A stretch of 64,000 nucleotides of DNA, taken from the NCBI GenBank assembly GCA_041320515.1, contig JBGLNR010000001.1, positions 1,510,201-1,574,200 on the forward strand. The letters run 5' to 3'. The notes below the pieces were generated by a model. That model was given only the letters and a program-made list of their open reading frames with translations. It was not told where the DNA came from and made no database searches. Below, one piece after another: positions 46,318 to 55,208 of the stretch. Source of the stretch: Planctomycetota bacterium. Its GTDB lineage: Bacteria; Planctomycetota; PUPC01; DSUN01. The position numbers and the translations under genes were made by a program. Position 1 is the first letter of the stretch. Every line of letters starts with the position of its first letter.

Positions 46318-47940
46318 TCATGTGACCTTGATCTCATAGGGAACCTGCCGGAACACAATCCCCTCGCGGGCCAACCGCTCGGCCGACAGCCGGCACGCCT
46401 CGCCATACACGATCTTCGGCCCGTCGTGCGCCGGCAGCTTCGCCAGCATGGCGCCCGTGAGCACGTTCCCACCCTTCGACCGCCTGTCCCCCATCACGCC
46501 GTTGAACAGGAGATACACGGCCTTGCCCTCGTGAACCCCCAGGAGCGGCGACTTCCCCGTCGCCCGCTTCGGGATCGGCGCCCCCGTCTCCGTGAAGAAC
46601 ACATGCGCCGCCAGGTCCGCAAAGCTCACCAGCGCCGCAATGTTCCCCCCTTCGTCGAACAGCGGAGTCCCAAGACGGCAGTACCGAAACCCGCCGCCAA
46701 TACCCGCCATATCTATGTTCTGCTCCCCCCAGGTGGACTTCTGTCCGGTGATCACCCGCGCCAATCGCTGGGCGGCCACGCCTCTGCAGACTTCCTGCTG
46801 CATCTCGACGAGGATGAACCGCCTTTTCCCGCCGTCCGCACGGTTCTTCAGAAGCACCGCGTGACCTGTGGTCGCGCTGCCCGCAAAAGAGTCGAGGACA
46901 AGGGAATCGCTCTCTGTTGCAATGTGCAGAATGCGCTCGATCAACCTGGTGGGCTTGGGGGTTATGAAGAGATCGCTGGATGCCCCTCCGTCCATGATCT
47001 TGCTGAGTTCCTGCTTGGCATGGCGGGTGCTCCCGACCACTTTCCATGGCCAGAGGGTTTGGGGCACAACTCCATGCCTGACCTCGGACAAGAATCTCTT
47101 GATGCCAGGTCTGTTGCTTCCGGTCTTCCCCCACCAGATTCGGTTGTCACGATCAAGCTCCTGGAATTTCTCTTTGCTGACGCGCCAATAGCTCCCGGCC
47201 GGGGGCCCCTGAATGACCTTTCCGGATGGCGTTTGGATCGGGTACCGGCCCTGTGAATACAGATTGCGCGCAGCTAGATCGCTGAGAAGCCATGGGCCAC
47301 GCGGGTCTTTGTCAGGATTCTTGTACCGGGCCACCATATCGTCCGTCCGTGGTACCCTGTTGGGCCGCCAGACCTCTGCATTGCGTGCGTATAGCACGAT
47401 ATAGTCGTGGTCCTCGCTGAGATGGATGGCCGTGTTCTTCGGGCTGTCCATCTTCTGCCACACAATCGTTGCGATGAAGTTGCGCGGCCCAAATACTTCG
47501 TCCATCAGCAGGCGGAGGTTGTGAACTTCGTGATCATCAATGCTGACGAAGATGGCTCCTTCTTCGCGCAGGAACTCTCGGAGGAGTGCGAGGCGGGGGT
47601 ACATCATGCAGAGCCACTTGTCGTGGCGGGTGAGGTCCTCGGCCTCCTTGCCGACGGTCTGGTGGAGCCAGTTGCGGATTTCGGGGCTGTTGACGTTGTC
47701 GTTGTAGACCCAGCCCTCGTTGCCGGTGTTGTAGGGCGGGTCAATGTAGATGCACTTGACCTGGCCGGCGTAGTAGGGGAGGAGGGCTTTGAGGGCCTCG
47801 AGGTTGTCGCCCTCGACGAGGAGGTTGCCCGCGTCGGGGTCGCCGGCGGAGAGCTCGGGGTCGCAGGTGAGCAGGCGGTAGGGCACCTGGTGGTGATGGT
47901 TGACGACGGCCTGCTTGCCGATCCAGTTGAGCGTGGGCAT
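46318..47940 (-). CDS. mod: Type III-like (beta-class) DNA methyltransferase Mod subunit
   Basis: Start at MPTLNWIGK (ATG 47940). DPPY (motif IV) precedes FAGSATTGHA (motif I). Everything upstream in track ORF 46318..48702 is antisense to the aldo-keto reductase fragment. Confidence 0.85.
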   Translation of the reverse strand: MPTLNWIGKQAVVNHHHQVPYRLLTCDPELSAGDPDAGNLLVEGDNLEALKALLPYYAGQVKCIYIDPPYNTGNEGWVYNDNVNSPEIRNWLHQTVGKEAEDLTRHDKWLCMMYPRLALLREFLREEGAIFVSIDDHEVHNLRLLMDEVFGPRNFIATIVWQKMDSPKNTAIHLSEDHDYIVLYARNAEVWRPNRVPRTDDMVARYKNPDKDPRGPWLLSDLAARNLYSQGRYPIQTPSGKVIQGPPAGSYWRVSKEKFQELDRDNRIWWGKTGSNRPGIKRFLSEVRHGVVPQTLWPWKVVGSTRHAKQELSKIMDGGASSDLFITPKPTRLIERILHIATESDSLVLDSFAGSATTGHAVLLKNRADGGKRRFILVEMQQEVCRGVAAQRLARVITGQKSTWGEQNIDMAGIGGGFRYCRLGTPLFDEGGNIAALVSFADLAAHVFFTETGAPIPKRATGKSPLLGVHEGKAVYLLFNGVMGDRRSKGGNVLTGAMLAKLPAHDGPKIVYGEACRLSAERLAREGIVFRQVPYEIKVT

Positions 47941-47978
47941 GGCCTGCGGGCCCTCCGAAGGGGCTGGGACGCGGAAGC

Positions 47979-48007
47979 AGTATAGCGCCGGCCCGTCGGC
48001 CCTGCAA
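47979..48007 (-). promoter_or_regulatory. Sigma70-like promoter for mod: TTGCAG, 17-nt spacer, TATACT
   Basis: On the minus strand: TTGCAG at 48007-48002, a 17-nt spacer, TATACT at 47984-47979. It lies about 40 nt upstream of the mod ATG. Confidence 0.45.
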
Positions 48008-48020
48008 GGCCATCTCTTCC

Positions 48021-48060
48021 CCCGTGGAATCCGTGCCCATCCGTGGCATCCGTGGTGTGG
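48021..48060. repeat. Inverted copy of the CACGGATGG-type repeat, right island edge
   Basis: The reverse complement ..accacggatgccacggatgggcacggat.. matches 41298-41325 at 26 of 28 positions (by eye). Confidence 0.7.
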
Positions 48061-48876
48061 TTTATCGAGCAGAGCACGGAACTCGTCCGCACGGCCCTCG
48101 CCCTCGGCATCAACTACATTGACACCGCGCGCCTCTACGGCCGCTCCGAGGAAATCCTCGGCATCGCCCTCGAAGGCGTCACGCAGCCCTACTACCTGGC
48201 GACCAAGGCCGGCTGCGTGCCACGCGACTTCGACTATTCGGCCGACGCCGTGCTCCGCAGCTTCGAGACCAGCCTGCGCCTCCTGCGGCGAACCCGCGTG
48301 GACCTGCTCCAGATACACGACGCGGAGTCGGCCGGCTGGGACCGCGTGATGGGCAAGGGCGGCGCGCTGGAAGCCCTTCGTCGCCTGAAGAGCGAGGGCG
48401 CTGTCGCCGCCATCGGCGTCACGGGGCGCAACCCCGAGGTCCAGGCCCGATTCGTCGCCACCGATGAGTTCGACAGCGTCCTCTCCTACTGCGACTACGA
48501 CGTGACGACGCGGCTCGCCCGCGAGACGCTGCTGCCCGTGGCGGCGGAGCACCGCGTCGCAGTCGTCCTCGGCTCGCCGTTGCGGGTGGGCACGCTCGCC
48601 CTGCCGCGGGGCGCCGCCCTCTCCGCCTGGGCCGCGCCGATACGCCCCAAGCTCGAACGCCTTCACGACCTGGCCGAGCGCGAGGGCACGCCCCTCCCCC
48701 ACCTGGCGATTCGCTACCTCCTCAGCGACCCCGATTTCGCCACGGTCCTCACCGGCGCCGGCTCGGTGGACGAATTGCGCGACGCCCTCGCCGCCGCATC
48801 CGCCGGGTCGCTGCCGGGCGCCGTGCTCGCTGAAGTTCGGGACATTCAGGGGAGACCGTCCGGTTCGGCGAGTTGA
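48043..48876 (+). pseudogene. Aldo/keto reductase, 5'-truncated (about 35-40 N-terminal residues missing)
   Basis: It begins inside the family's first conserved block (..LALGINYIDTARLYGRSEEILG). The usual N-terminal beta-hairpin and LGxTG region is absent, and the first codons lie within the repeat. Confidence 0.65.
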
Positions 48877-48947
48877 CTTTCCCCCGGTGCGCGGGCATAA
48901 TGCAGCGCGGCAGGCGATCCGCTGTGGTGGCGATCGGGAGAAGAGCC

Positions 48948-49181
48948 ATGGTCTGCGGCATTTGCGGACAGGAGGGCGCGCGGCTCCGCCGCATGGCCCG
49001 CACCTATGGCAAGGGCGACGATCTCCTTGTCATAGAGAACGTCCCCGTCGTCTCATGCCCTCATTGCGGCGAGAGCTATCTGACCGCCGACACGGCCCGG
49101 GAGCTGGACCGCATCCGACGCCACCGGCGCGAAGTCGCCGTCAGCCGTCCCGTACCCGTGGCGGAGTACGCCACGAAGTAG
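48948..49181 (+). CDS. YgiT-type zinc-finger protein (MqsA N-terminal-like)
   Basis: CGICG...VVSCPHCGESYLTADTARELDRI matches the YgiT finger pattern. Confidence 0.8.
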   Translation: MVCGICGQEGARLRRMARTYGKGDDLLVIENVPVVSCPHCGESYLTADTARELDRIRRHRREVAVSRPVPVAEYATK

Positions 49182-49229
49182 GCGGCACGCATCCCGCAGC
49201 GCCCGGGGCGCAAACTTGGGGACCGGGCC

Positions 49230-49676
49230 ATGAAACGCTTCAGCCATCTCGCGGGCCTCGCCGGTGCAGCGCTTCTCCTCGGCGGGTGCGTTGATACTTT
49301 GTTCCGGACCCGGTACCAAGTCCTGCCCTCAGCCTCCTCAGCACCTCCCGCCGCGCAGACCCCCGGCTCAGCCGAAGATGACCGCCGTGCCATCCGTGAG
49401 ACCCTGGCGGGGATCGCGACCGGCCTCGGCTACTTGGAGACGGACGAACTCAAGGTGCCCGACATGCTTGCCAGCTACCGCCAGAACATCCGGTACTTCC
49501 CCATCAGGCTGATAGCGAGGGAAGAGGGCCGCGCCGCCGTCGTTAGCGTGTTCCTTTTCACGGGGGGCCTCGGCTGGGCGCGGGCAAGAGAGTACGCGAG
49601 AGTTCGAGACAGGGTAGAGGCGGACCTCCGAGCGCGCTTCGGCAACAGGGTGAAGCGCATGCCCCGGGGCGAGTGA
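49230..49676 (+). CDS. Lipoprotein, function unknown
   Basis: The lipobox LLLGGC is present. No recognisable domain. Confidence 0.65.
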   Translation: MKRFSHLAGLAGAALLLGGCVDTLFRTRYQVLPSASSAPPAAQTPGSAEDDRRAIRETLAGIATGLGYLETDELKVPDMLASYRQNIRYFPIRLIAREEGRAAVVSVFLFTGGLGWARAREYARVRDRVEADLRARFGNRVKRMPRGE

Positions 49677-49734
49677 ACCCCGCACCCCAGGCCAGCGGAG
49701 GACGCCGGGGCCAAGCATTGAAGGGGAATCTGGA

Positions 49735-52700
49735 ATGTGGAATCTGGCATCTGGAATCCCGCTTCTGTTCGCCCTGGCCGCGGCCGCCGCCGCCGCCGCG
49801 GGGCGGCCGACCATCCCCCTCGATGGCGCATGGCAGTTCCGCCTCGATCCCAACGACGCGGGCGAGAAGGAACAGTGGTTCGAGGGCAAGGCCCCGTTCG
49901 ACGCGACGATTCAAGTGCCCGGGGCGTGGGACGCCCAGGGCTTCGGCGCCGAGACGCCGAAGCTGAAGCACAACTTCGTGGGCAAAGCCTGGTATCGCCG
50001 CCAGGTCGCCATCCCCGCCGAGTGGAAGGGCAGACGGCTCTTCCTCACCATCGGCGGGGTCCACCGTTACGCCAAGGTCTGGGTGAACGGCTCCTGCCTC
50101 GGCGAGCACATCGGCTATCTCTCGCCAATCGAGCACCAGATCAACGAGTTCGCCCGGGCCGGCGAGACCGCAACCATCGCCCTCTGCGTGGATTCCAAGC
50201 AGCGATGGGACGTTGATACCCTGGCCGGCTGCTTCGACATCATTGACGAGATGTTCACGGCCTGGGGCGGCATCTGGGGCCACGTGGCCATCGAGGCCCG
50301 CGGCGATGGCTGGTTCGAGGACATCCTCATTCGGCCGGGGCTCGACCCGCCCTCTTGCTTCCTCACGGCCAAGATCACAAATGCCGTGGCCGATGGCTCG
50401 TCGTTCCGGCTGGAGATTCTCGACGCGGAGGGTCGGGTCGCCGCCAAGGCCGACTCGCCCAAGCTGCGTTCAGTCAGTTTCCGGCTGGAGATCCCACAGG
50501 CCAAGCTATGGTCGCCCAACCACCCCGACCTCTACACCGCCCGCCTGTCGCTCGTGCGGGGCGAGGAGGTGCTCGACAGCGTGGAGACCCGCTTCGGCCT
50601 GCGCGTCATCGAGATCAAGGGGCCGCACATCCTGCTCAACGGCAAGCGGGTGTTCCTCCACGGCTACGGCGACGACGGGGTCTACCCCGAGACGATGGCC
50701 GCGCCGTCCGACAAGGCGGTCTACCTCAAACGCCTCAAGCTCATCAAGAGCTACGGCTTCAACTACGTCCGCCACCACAGCCACTTCCTGCCGCCCGAGT
50801 ACTACGACGCGGCGGATGAGGTGGGGATGCTCATCTCGCCCGAGCTGCCCATCGCCTATCTCAACTACTATCAGCGGGCGAAAAAGCCCGCCCTCGACCT
50901 CTACAAGCAGGAATGGGCCGCCGTCATCCGCCGCTTCCGCAACCACCCCTCGATCCTCGACTGGTGCATGGGCAACGAGATGTGGGACGGCGTGCCTTTG
51001 GCGCCCGACCTCTATCACGCGGCGAAGGCGCTTGACCCCACGCGGCCGGTCATTGACTCCAACGGCCTCAGCGGCGGCGGCTGGCTCGATGGCAAGCGCG
51101 ACCGCCCGACCCTGGACTTCCTCGTCTACATGTTCGACCTCCGCCACACGCCGCTGGAGCAGCCCAAGCGTCACCACTTCCCCGAGCCGAACAAGCCCGT
51201 CATCTCGCACGAGATGGGCAACTTCGTCACCTTCCCCCGCCTCGACCAGATTCAGGCCTTCCAGCACAACTTCAAGCCCTTCTGGCTCACCCCCGCCCGC
51301 GAGAAGATGGAGAAGCTGGGGCTGCTCGGCGAGGCGGAACTGTGGGCGCGAAACTCCGAGCGCCTCTACCTCCTCTGCCACAAGCTCAACATCGAGGACC
51401 TGCGGAAGAACCCCTTCGCCAGCGGACACCAGTGGTGGCTGTTCCAGGACTACTGGACCGGCTCGAACGGCATCGTGGACGCCTATTTCCGCCCCAAGGC
51501 CGAGATTCCGCCTGAGAGCGTCTTCCCCTTCGTTAATGACATCGTTTTCCTTGTTGATGGGCTTAATCCGGTCTACCGAGCGGGACAGACACTGAGTATC
51601 AGGTTCATTGTGTCTGACTTCTCTGAGAACAGGCTGGATGCCGAGTTGAAAGCCTCGTTGGCGATGGGTGACCGCCTCCTTCCGCCTGTCTTGGGGCCCA
51701 AGCGCGCGCAATTCGGCAAGGGCCAAGTTGCTCCGTGGTGTGATTTCACGTGTACCATACCCGAGGTCTCCTCCCCGCAGGAGTTGCGCGTTCACTTCGC
51801 TATGAACTACGAGAACCGGGTCGGCGTACGGTTCCATCGCAATAACGGGTGGACAGCCTGGGTCTACCCTGCGGCCCCTCCCCGGCCACAGCTCGAGTTG
51901 CCGCTCTTCGCCGGGCCGGAGCTTGTGCGGGCGCTGGAGTGGCTGGGGGCGAAGCCGTTGCCCGGCGGCGTGAAGCTGCCGGCCGAGGCGGTGTATGTGA
52001 TGAATCAGCCGACGAAGAAGGTGCTCGACGCGGTGGCCGAGGGGGCGTGCCTCGTGATGCTCTCGCCCCAGGGCATCTTCCCGACCGAACGCAATCGCTT
52101 CAAGACCGGCTGGTGGCTCGGCGGGCCGGGCGACAGCAACGTGGGCACCGTGGTCTACGACAACCCCATCACGCGGGCCATCGCGCCCGACGGCTGGTGC
52201 GACATCGGCTGGCACCGCCTCGTCGAAGGCTCGCAGGCCATCATCCTCGACGACCTGCCCTCACAGCCCGGGGTGCTCGTCCGCGCCATCGAAGTCCACC
52301 GCCTCTGCCGCAGCAAGGCCCTCCTCTTCCAGGCCAGGCTTGGCAGAGGCTCCCTCATCGTCAGCGGACTCAACCTGTCCTCGATTGTGGGCGGGGCGTC
52401 TCTGCCCCGCGTGGCTTCGCGGGACGGGGACGTCCCGCCCACAATTGAAGGACCTCCGGAAGTGGAATGGCTCCTCGCCCGCATGGTCGAGCACGCAGGC
52501 ACGCTCCCGAAGCCGAAGGGCGAACTGCCTCTCGACTTCCTGCGCCAGCGTGTCGCCGCGATGGAGCCGCCCGAAGGCCCATTCCTCTCGGGCTTCCAGC
52601 GAATCGTCCGCAACGACGGCGAGACCGACAAGTGGGTGAGCTGCCGCGAGGACGCCGCGACCTATCACATCTGCCGCCAGACCGCCCCCGGCCACCTCGT

Positions 52701-53073
52701 CGAGTGGGAGACGGCGCCCCTGCCCGCCGACTGGAAGGGCACGACGGCCACCTTCGTCTTCGCCGGCGGCCTCGGCTGGGTGGACCAGCCGAGGATGAAG
52801 GGCTTCGCCCTCCTCGTCAACGGCAAGGAGGCCCTGGCCTTCGACGTGACGCAGGACCGCTCGGTCTGGAAGAGCGCCGACAAGCGGGTCGCCCTCCACT
52901 TCGTCCCCATGCGCCCCATGCCGCAGGACGGCATTGGCCTCTTCTACGTCGCTCTCGCCACCGACCTGTTGACGCCCGGCAAGCCCTGCACCTTCGCCGT
53001 CCGCTCGAACGCCTCCGCCAGCCGCCGCTGGTTCGGCCTGAACCCGTATGCGGACGTGGCAGGACCCAAGTGA
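49735..53073 (+). CDS. Glycoside hydrolase family 2-like large enzyme
   Basis: Signal peptide present. The GH2 sugar-binding N-terminus is seen in GAWQFRLDP...VPGAWDAQGF...GKAWYRRQV...GGVHRYAKVWVNG. The TIM-barrel region is seen in FNYVRHHSHF and NHPSILDWCMGNEM. Confidence 0.85.
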   Translation: MWNLASGIPLLFALAAAAAAAAGRPTIPLDGAWQFRLDPNDAGEKEQWFEGKAPFDATIQVPGAWDAQGFGAETPKLKHNFVGKAWYRRQVAIPAEWKGRRLFLTIGGVHRYAKVWVNGSCLGEHIGYLSPIEHQINEFARAGETATIALCVDSKQRWDVDTLAGCFDIIDEMFTAWGGIWGHVAIEARGDGWFEDILIRPGLDPPSCFLTAKITNAVADGSSFRLEILDAEGRVAAKADSPKLRSVSFRLEIPQAKLWSPNHPDLYTARLSLVRGEEVLDSVETRFGLRVIEIKGPHILLNGKRVFLHGYGDDGVYPETMAAPSDKAVYLKRLKLIKSYGFNYVRHHSHFLPPEYYDAADEVGMLISPELPIAYLNYYQRAKKPALDLYKQEWAAVIRRFRNHPSILDWCMGNEMWDGVPLAPDLYHAAKALDPTRPVIDSNGLSGGGWLDGKRDRPTLDFLVYMFDLRHTPLEQPKRHHFPEPNKPVISHEMGNFVTFPRLDQIQAFQHNFKPFWLTPAREKMEKLGLLGEAELWARNSERLYLLCHKLNIEDLRKNPFASGHQWWLFQDYWTGSNGIVDAYFRPKAEIPPESVFPFVNDIVFLVDGLNPVYRAGQTLSIRFIVSDFSENRLDAELKASLAMGDRLLPPVLGPKRAQFGKGQVAPWCDFTCTIPEVSSPQELRVHFAMNYENRVGVRFHRNNGWTAWVYPAAPPRPQLELPLFAGPELVRALEWLGAKPLPGGVKLPAEAVYVMNQPTKKVLDAVAEGACLVMLSPQGIFPTERNRFKTGWWLGGPGDSNVGTVVYDNPITRAIAPDGWCDIGWHRLVEGSQAIILDDLPSQPGVLVRAIEVHRLCRSKALLFQARLGRGSLIVSGLNLSSIVGGASLPRVASRDGDVPPTIEGPPEVEWLLARMVEHAGTLPKPKGELPLDFLRQRVAAMEPPEGPFLSGFQRIVRNDGETDKWVSCREDAATYHICRQTAPGHLVEWETAPLPADWKGTTATFVFAGGLGWVDQPRMKGFALLVNGKEALAFDVTQDRSVWKSADKRVALHFVPMRPMPQDGIGLFYVALATDLLTPGKPCTFAVRSNASASRRWFGLNPYADVAGPK
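52384..52445. repeat. 62-bp palindromic REP/MITE-like element embedded in frame in the GH2 CDS
   Basis: Terminal inverted repeats ATTGTGGGCGGG / CCCGCCCACAAT. Inner hairpins GGGGCGTCTCTGCCCC and GGGACGGGGACGTCCC. The core ggcggggcgtctctgccccgcgtggc is shared with 33582-33720. Confidence 0.85.
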
Positions 53074-53134
53074 CGAGTATGGCCCCGAACCCTGGCAGTT
53101 CTCGCCGGGGAGCCATTCAGCTCATCCCCCGCTC

Positions 53135-53345
53135 CCTATCTGTATCACCCCTGGGAGGGAGGGAAGTGATACAGATAGGCAGCAACGGCCCCGGAAGCCC
53201 CCGGATCGCCAAGGCGCCCATACTGTATCACCCCCCAGGGGGAGAGAAGTGATACAGTATGGTGGAGAAGGGCGTAGAACCGCCCGGATCGCCAAAGCGC
53301 CATACTGTGCCAGCTCGCGGCGGCGGCAGAGGTGATACAGTATGG
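53135..53345. repeat. Three tandem hairpin units (about 82-bp period) in the GH2 to PQQ intergenic region
   Basis: Hairpin 1 (53135-53179): CCTATCTGTATCAC...GTGATACAGATAGG. Hairpin 2 (53218-53262): CCATACTGTATCAC...GTGATACAGTATGG. Hairpin 3 (53300-53345) is degenerate. The spacer cccggatcgccaaRgcgcc is repeated. Confidence 0.85.
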
Positions 53346-53504
53346 CGGTCGCGTGTCTGGTTTCCAGGACAACGGGGACGAGTCGGGAGTGGAGCAGGCG
53401 CCAGGGTTGGGGGCCATACTCACAAGTGCCCCCCGAACTTGACATGGGCCGCCACTTTGGCTAGGGTCAGTGGCCCCCGTGACGGGCGCGGGACAAGGAG
53501 TCCG

Positions 53505-55031
53505 TTGTTGAGCAACGCCCTCGGCATCGCCACGTCCGTTCTCCTCTTCGCCACCGCCGTCGCCGGCGACCAGCCGCAGTGGGGGCAGCGCTTCTCGCGC
53601 AACATGGTCTCCGACGAGAAGGGCCTGCCCGACTCCTTCGACCCGAAGACGGGCGAGAACGTCAAGTGGGCCGTCCCCCTCGGCACCGAAACCTGGTCCA
53701 CCCCCATCGTCGCCGGCGGCCGCGTGTTCATCGGCACCAACAACAACCGCCCCCGCGACCCGCGCCACCAAGGCGACCGCGGCGTGCTCCTGTGCCTCGA
53801 CGAGAAGGACGGCTCGCTCGTCTGGCAGCTCGTCGTGCCCAAGCTCACGGCTGACCCGCCCGACCCCTATCTCGACTGGCCCAACATTGGCCTCTGCTCG
53901 CCGCCCACGGTCGAGGGCGACCGCGTCTACGTGATGACCAACCGCTACGAGATGGCCTGCCTGGACATCCACGGCCTGGCCAACGGCAACGACGGGCCGT
54001 TCCAGGACGAGGCGAAGCACATGGTGCCCCAGGGCGGTCCGCCCCTGTCGCTCGGGAAGAGCGATGCCGACATCCTGTGGCTCTTCGACCTCGTCGCTGG
54101 CGCCGGCATTCACCCGCACGACGGGGCACACGCCTCCATCCTCATCCACGGCGACTTCGTCTACGTGAACTCGAACAACGGACAGGATAACACGCACCAC
54201 AAGATTCGGCACCCCGACGCGCCCAGCCTGGTCGTGCTCGATAAGGCCACGGGCCGCCTCGTGGCCAAGGACGCCGAGGGCATGGGCCACCGCACCGTCC
54301 ACTCCACCTGGGCCTCGCCAGCCCTCGGCGAGGTGGGCGGGCGACCGCTCGTCTTCTTCGGCGGCGGCGACGGCGTGTGCTACGCCTTCGATGCCCTCGC
54401 CGCGGCTCCCCCCGTCGGCCAAGTGGCCACTCTCAAGAAGGTGTGGTCCTTCGATTGCGACCCCACGGGTCCGAAGCAGGACATCCACCGCTACATGGGC
54501 AACCGCAAGGTGAGCGCCAGCAACATCAAGGGCATGCCCGTGTTTCACGAGGGGCGCGTCTACGTGGCCGCCGGCGGCGACATCTGGTGGGGCAAGGAGG
54601 AGGCCTGGCTCAAGTGCATTGATGCCACAAAGGCCGGGGACATCACGAAGACTGGCGAACTCTGGTCCTACCCCCTCAAGCGCCACTCGTGCTCGACCCC
54701 CGCCATCTGGAACGGGATGGTCTTCATCACCGACTGCGGCCGCATGCTCCACTGCCTCGACGCCGCGACGGGCAAGCCCCACTGGACTCACGAGACGAAG
54801 GGCGAAATCTGGGGCTCGCCCCTCGTCGCCGATGGCAAGGTCTACATCGGCACCCGCCGCGGTGACTTCTGGACCCTCGCCGCCAGCAAGGACAAGCAGG
54901 TCCTCGGCTCCGTCGAGCTGGGCGCCGGCATCCCCGGCTGCGCCATCGCCGCCAACGGCACCCTCTACATCGCCACCATGAACCGCCTCTTCGCCGTCCA
55001 CAAGGCCACCCAGCGCACCGCGGGACAATAG
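53505..55031 (+). CDS. PQQ-like beta-propeller repeat protein (BamB/YfgL-like fold), secreted
   Basis: TTG start 4 nt after AAGGAG. Signal peptide LLSNALGIATSVLLFATAVAG. Repeated motifs of the type STPIVAGGRVFIGT, GSLVWQ, VYVAAG, GKPHWTH, GKVYIGT and GTLYIAT. Confidence 0.8.
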   Translation: MLSNALGIATSVLLFATAVAGDQPQWGQRFSRNMVSDEKGLPDSFDPKTGENVKWAVPLGTETWSTPIVAGGRVFIGTNNNRPRDPRHQGDRGVLLCLDEKDGSLVWQLVVPKLTADPPDPYLDWPNIGLCSPPTVEGDRVYVMTNRYEMACLDIHGLANGNDGPFQDEAKHMVPQGGPPLSLGKSDADILWLFDLVAGAGIHPHDGAHASILIHGDFVYVNSNNGQDNTHHKIRHPDAPSLVVLDKATGRLVAKDAEGMGHRTVHSTWASPALGEVGGRPLVFFGGGDGVCYAFDALAAAPPVGQVATLKKVWSFDCDPTGPKQDIHRYMGNRKVSASNIKGMPVFHEGRVYVAAGGDIWWGKEEAWLKCIDATKAGDITKTGELWSYPLKRHSCSTPAIWNGMVFITDCGRMLHCLDAATGKPHWTHETKGEIWGSPLVADGKVYIGTRRGDFWTLAASKDKQVLGSVELGAGIPGCAIAANGTLYIATMNRLFAVHKATQRTAGQ

Positions 55032-55044
55032 GGGGTGCCTAGAC

Positions 55045-55171
55045 CCCTCTCCCTTCCAGGGAGAGGGCAGGGTGAGGGTTGGGGCTTCGGGACGGGGACA
55101 GGCCCCGACCCTCCCCCCGCCCCCTCCCTGAGAGGGAGGGGGGCCCCGCCCCCTCCCTGAGAGGGAGGGGG
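55045..55171. repeat. REP-like G/C hairpin cluster downstream of the PQQ-propeller gene
   Basis: CCCTCTCCCT-TCC-AGGGAGAGGG at 55045-55067, and two copies of CCCCCTCCCT-GAG-AGGGAGGGGG at 55120-55142 and 55149-55171. Confidence 0.85.
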
Positions 55172-55208
55172 GTGAGGAGGCGGAACGATCACGAAAGGGG
55201 GAAGCTCA

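Noticed and set aside
46318-48702. 794-aa ORF suggesting a much longer methyltransferase.
   Set aside because: Residues upstream of MPTLNWIGK are antisense to the aldo-keto reductase fragment and have no methyltransferase similarity. A promoter-like TTGCAG-17-TATACT sits just upstream of ATG 47940.
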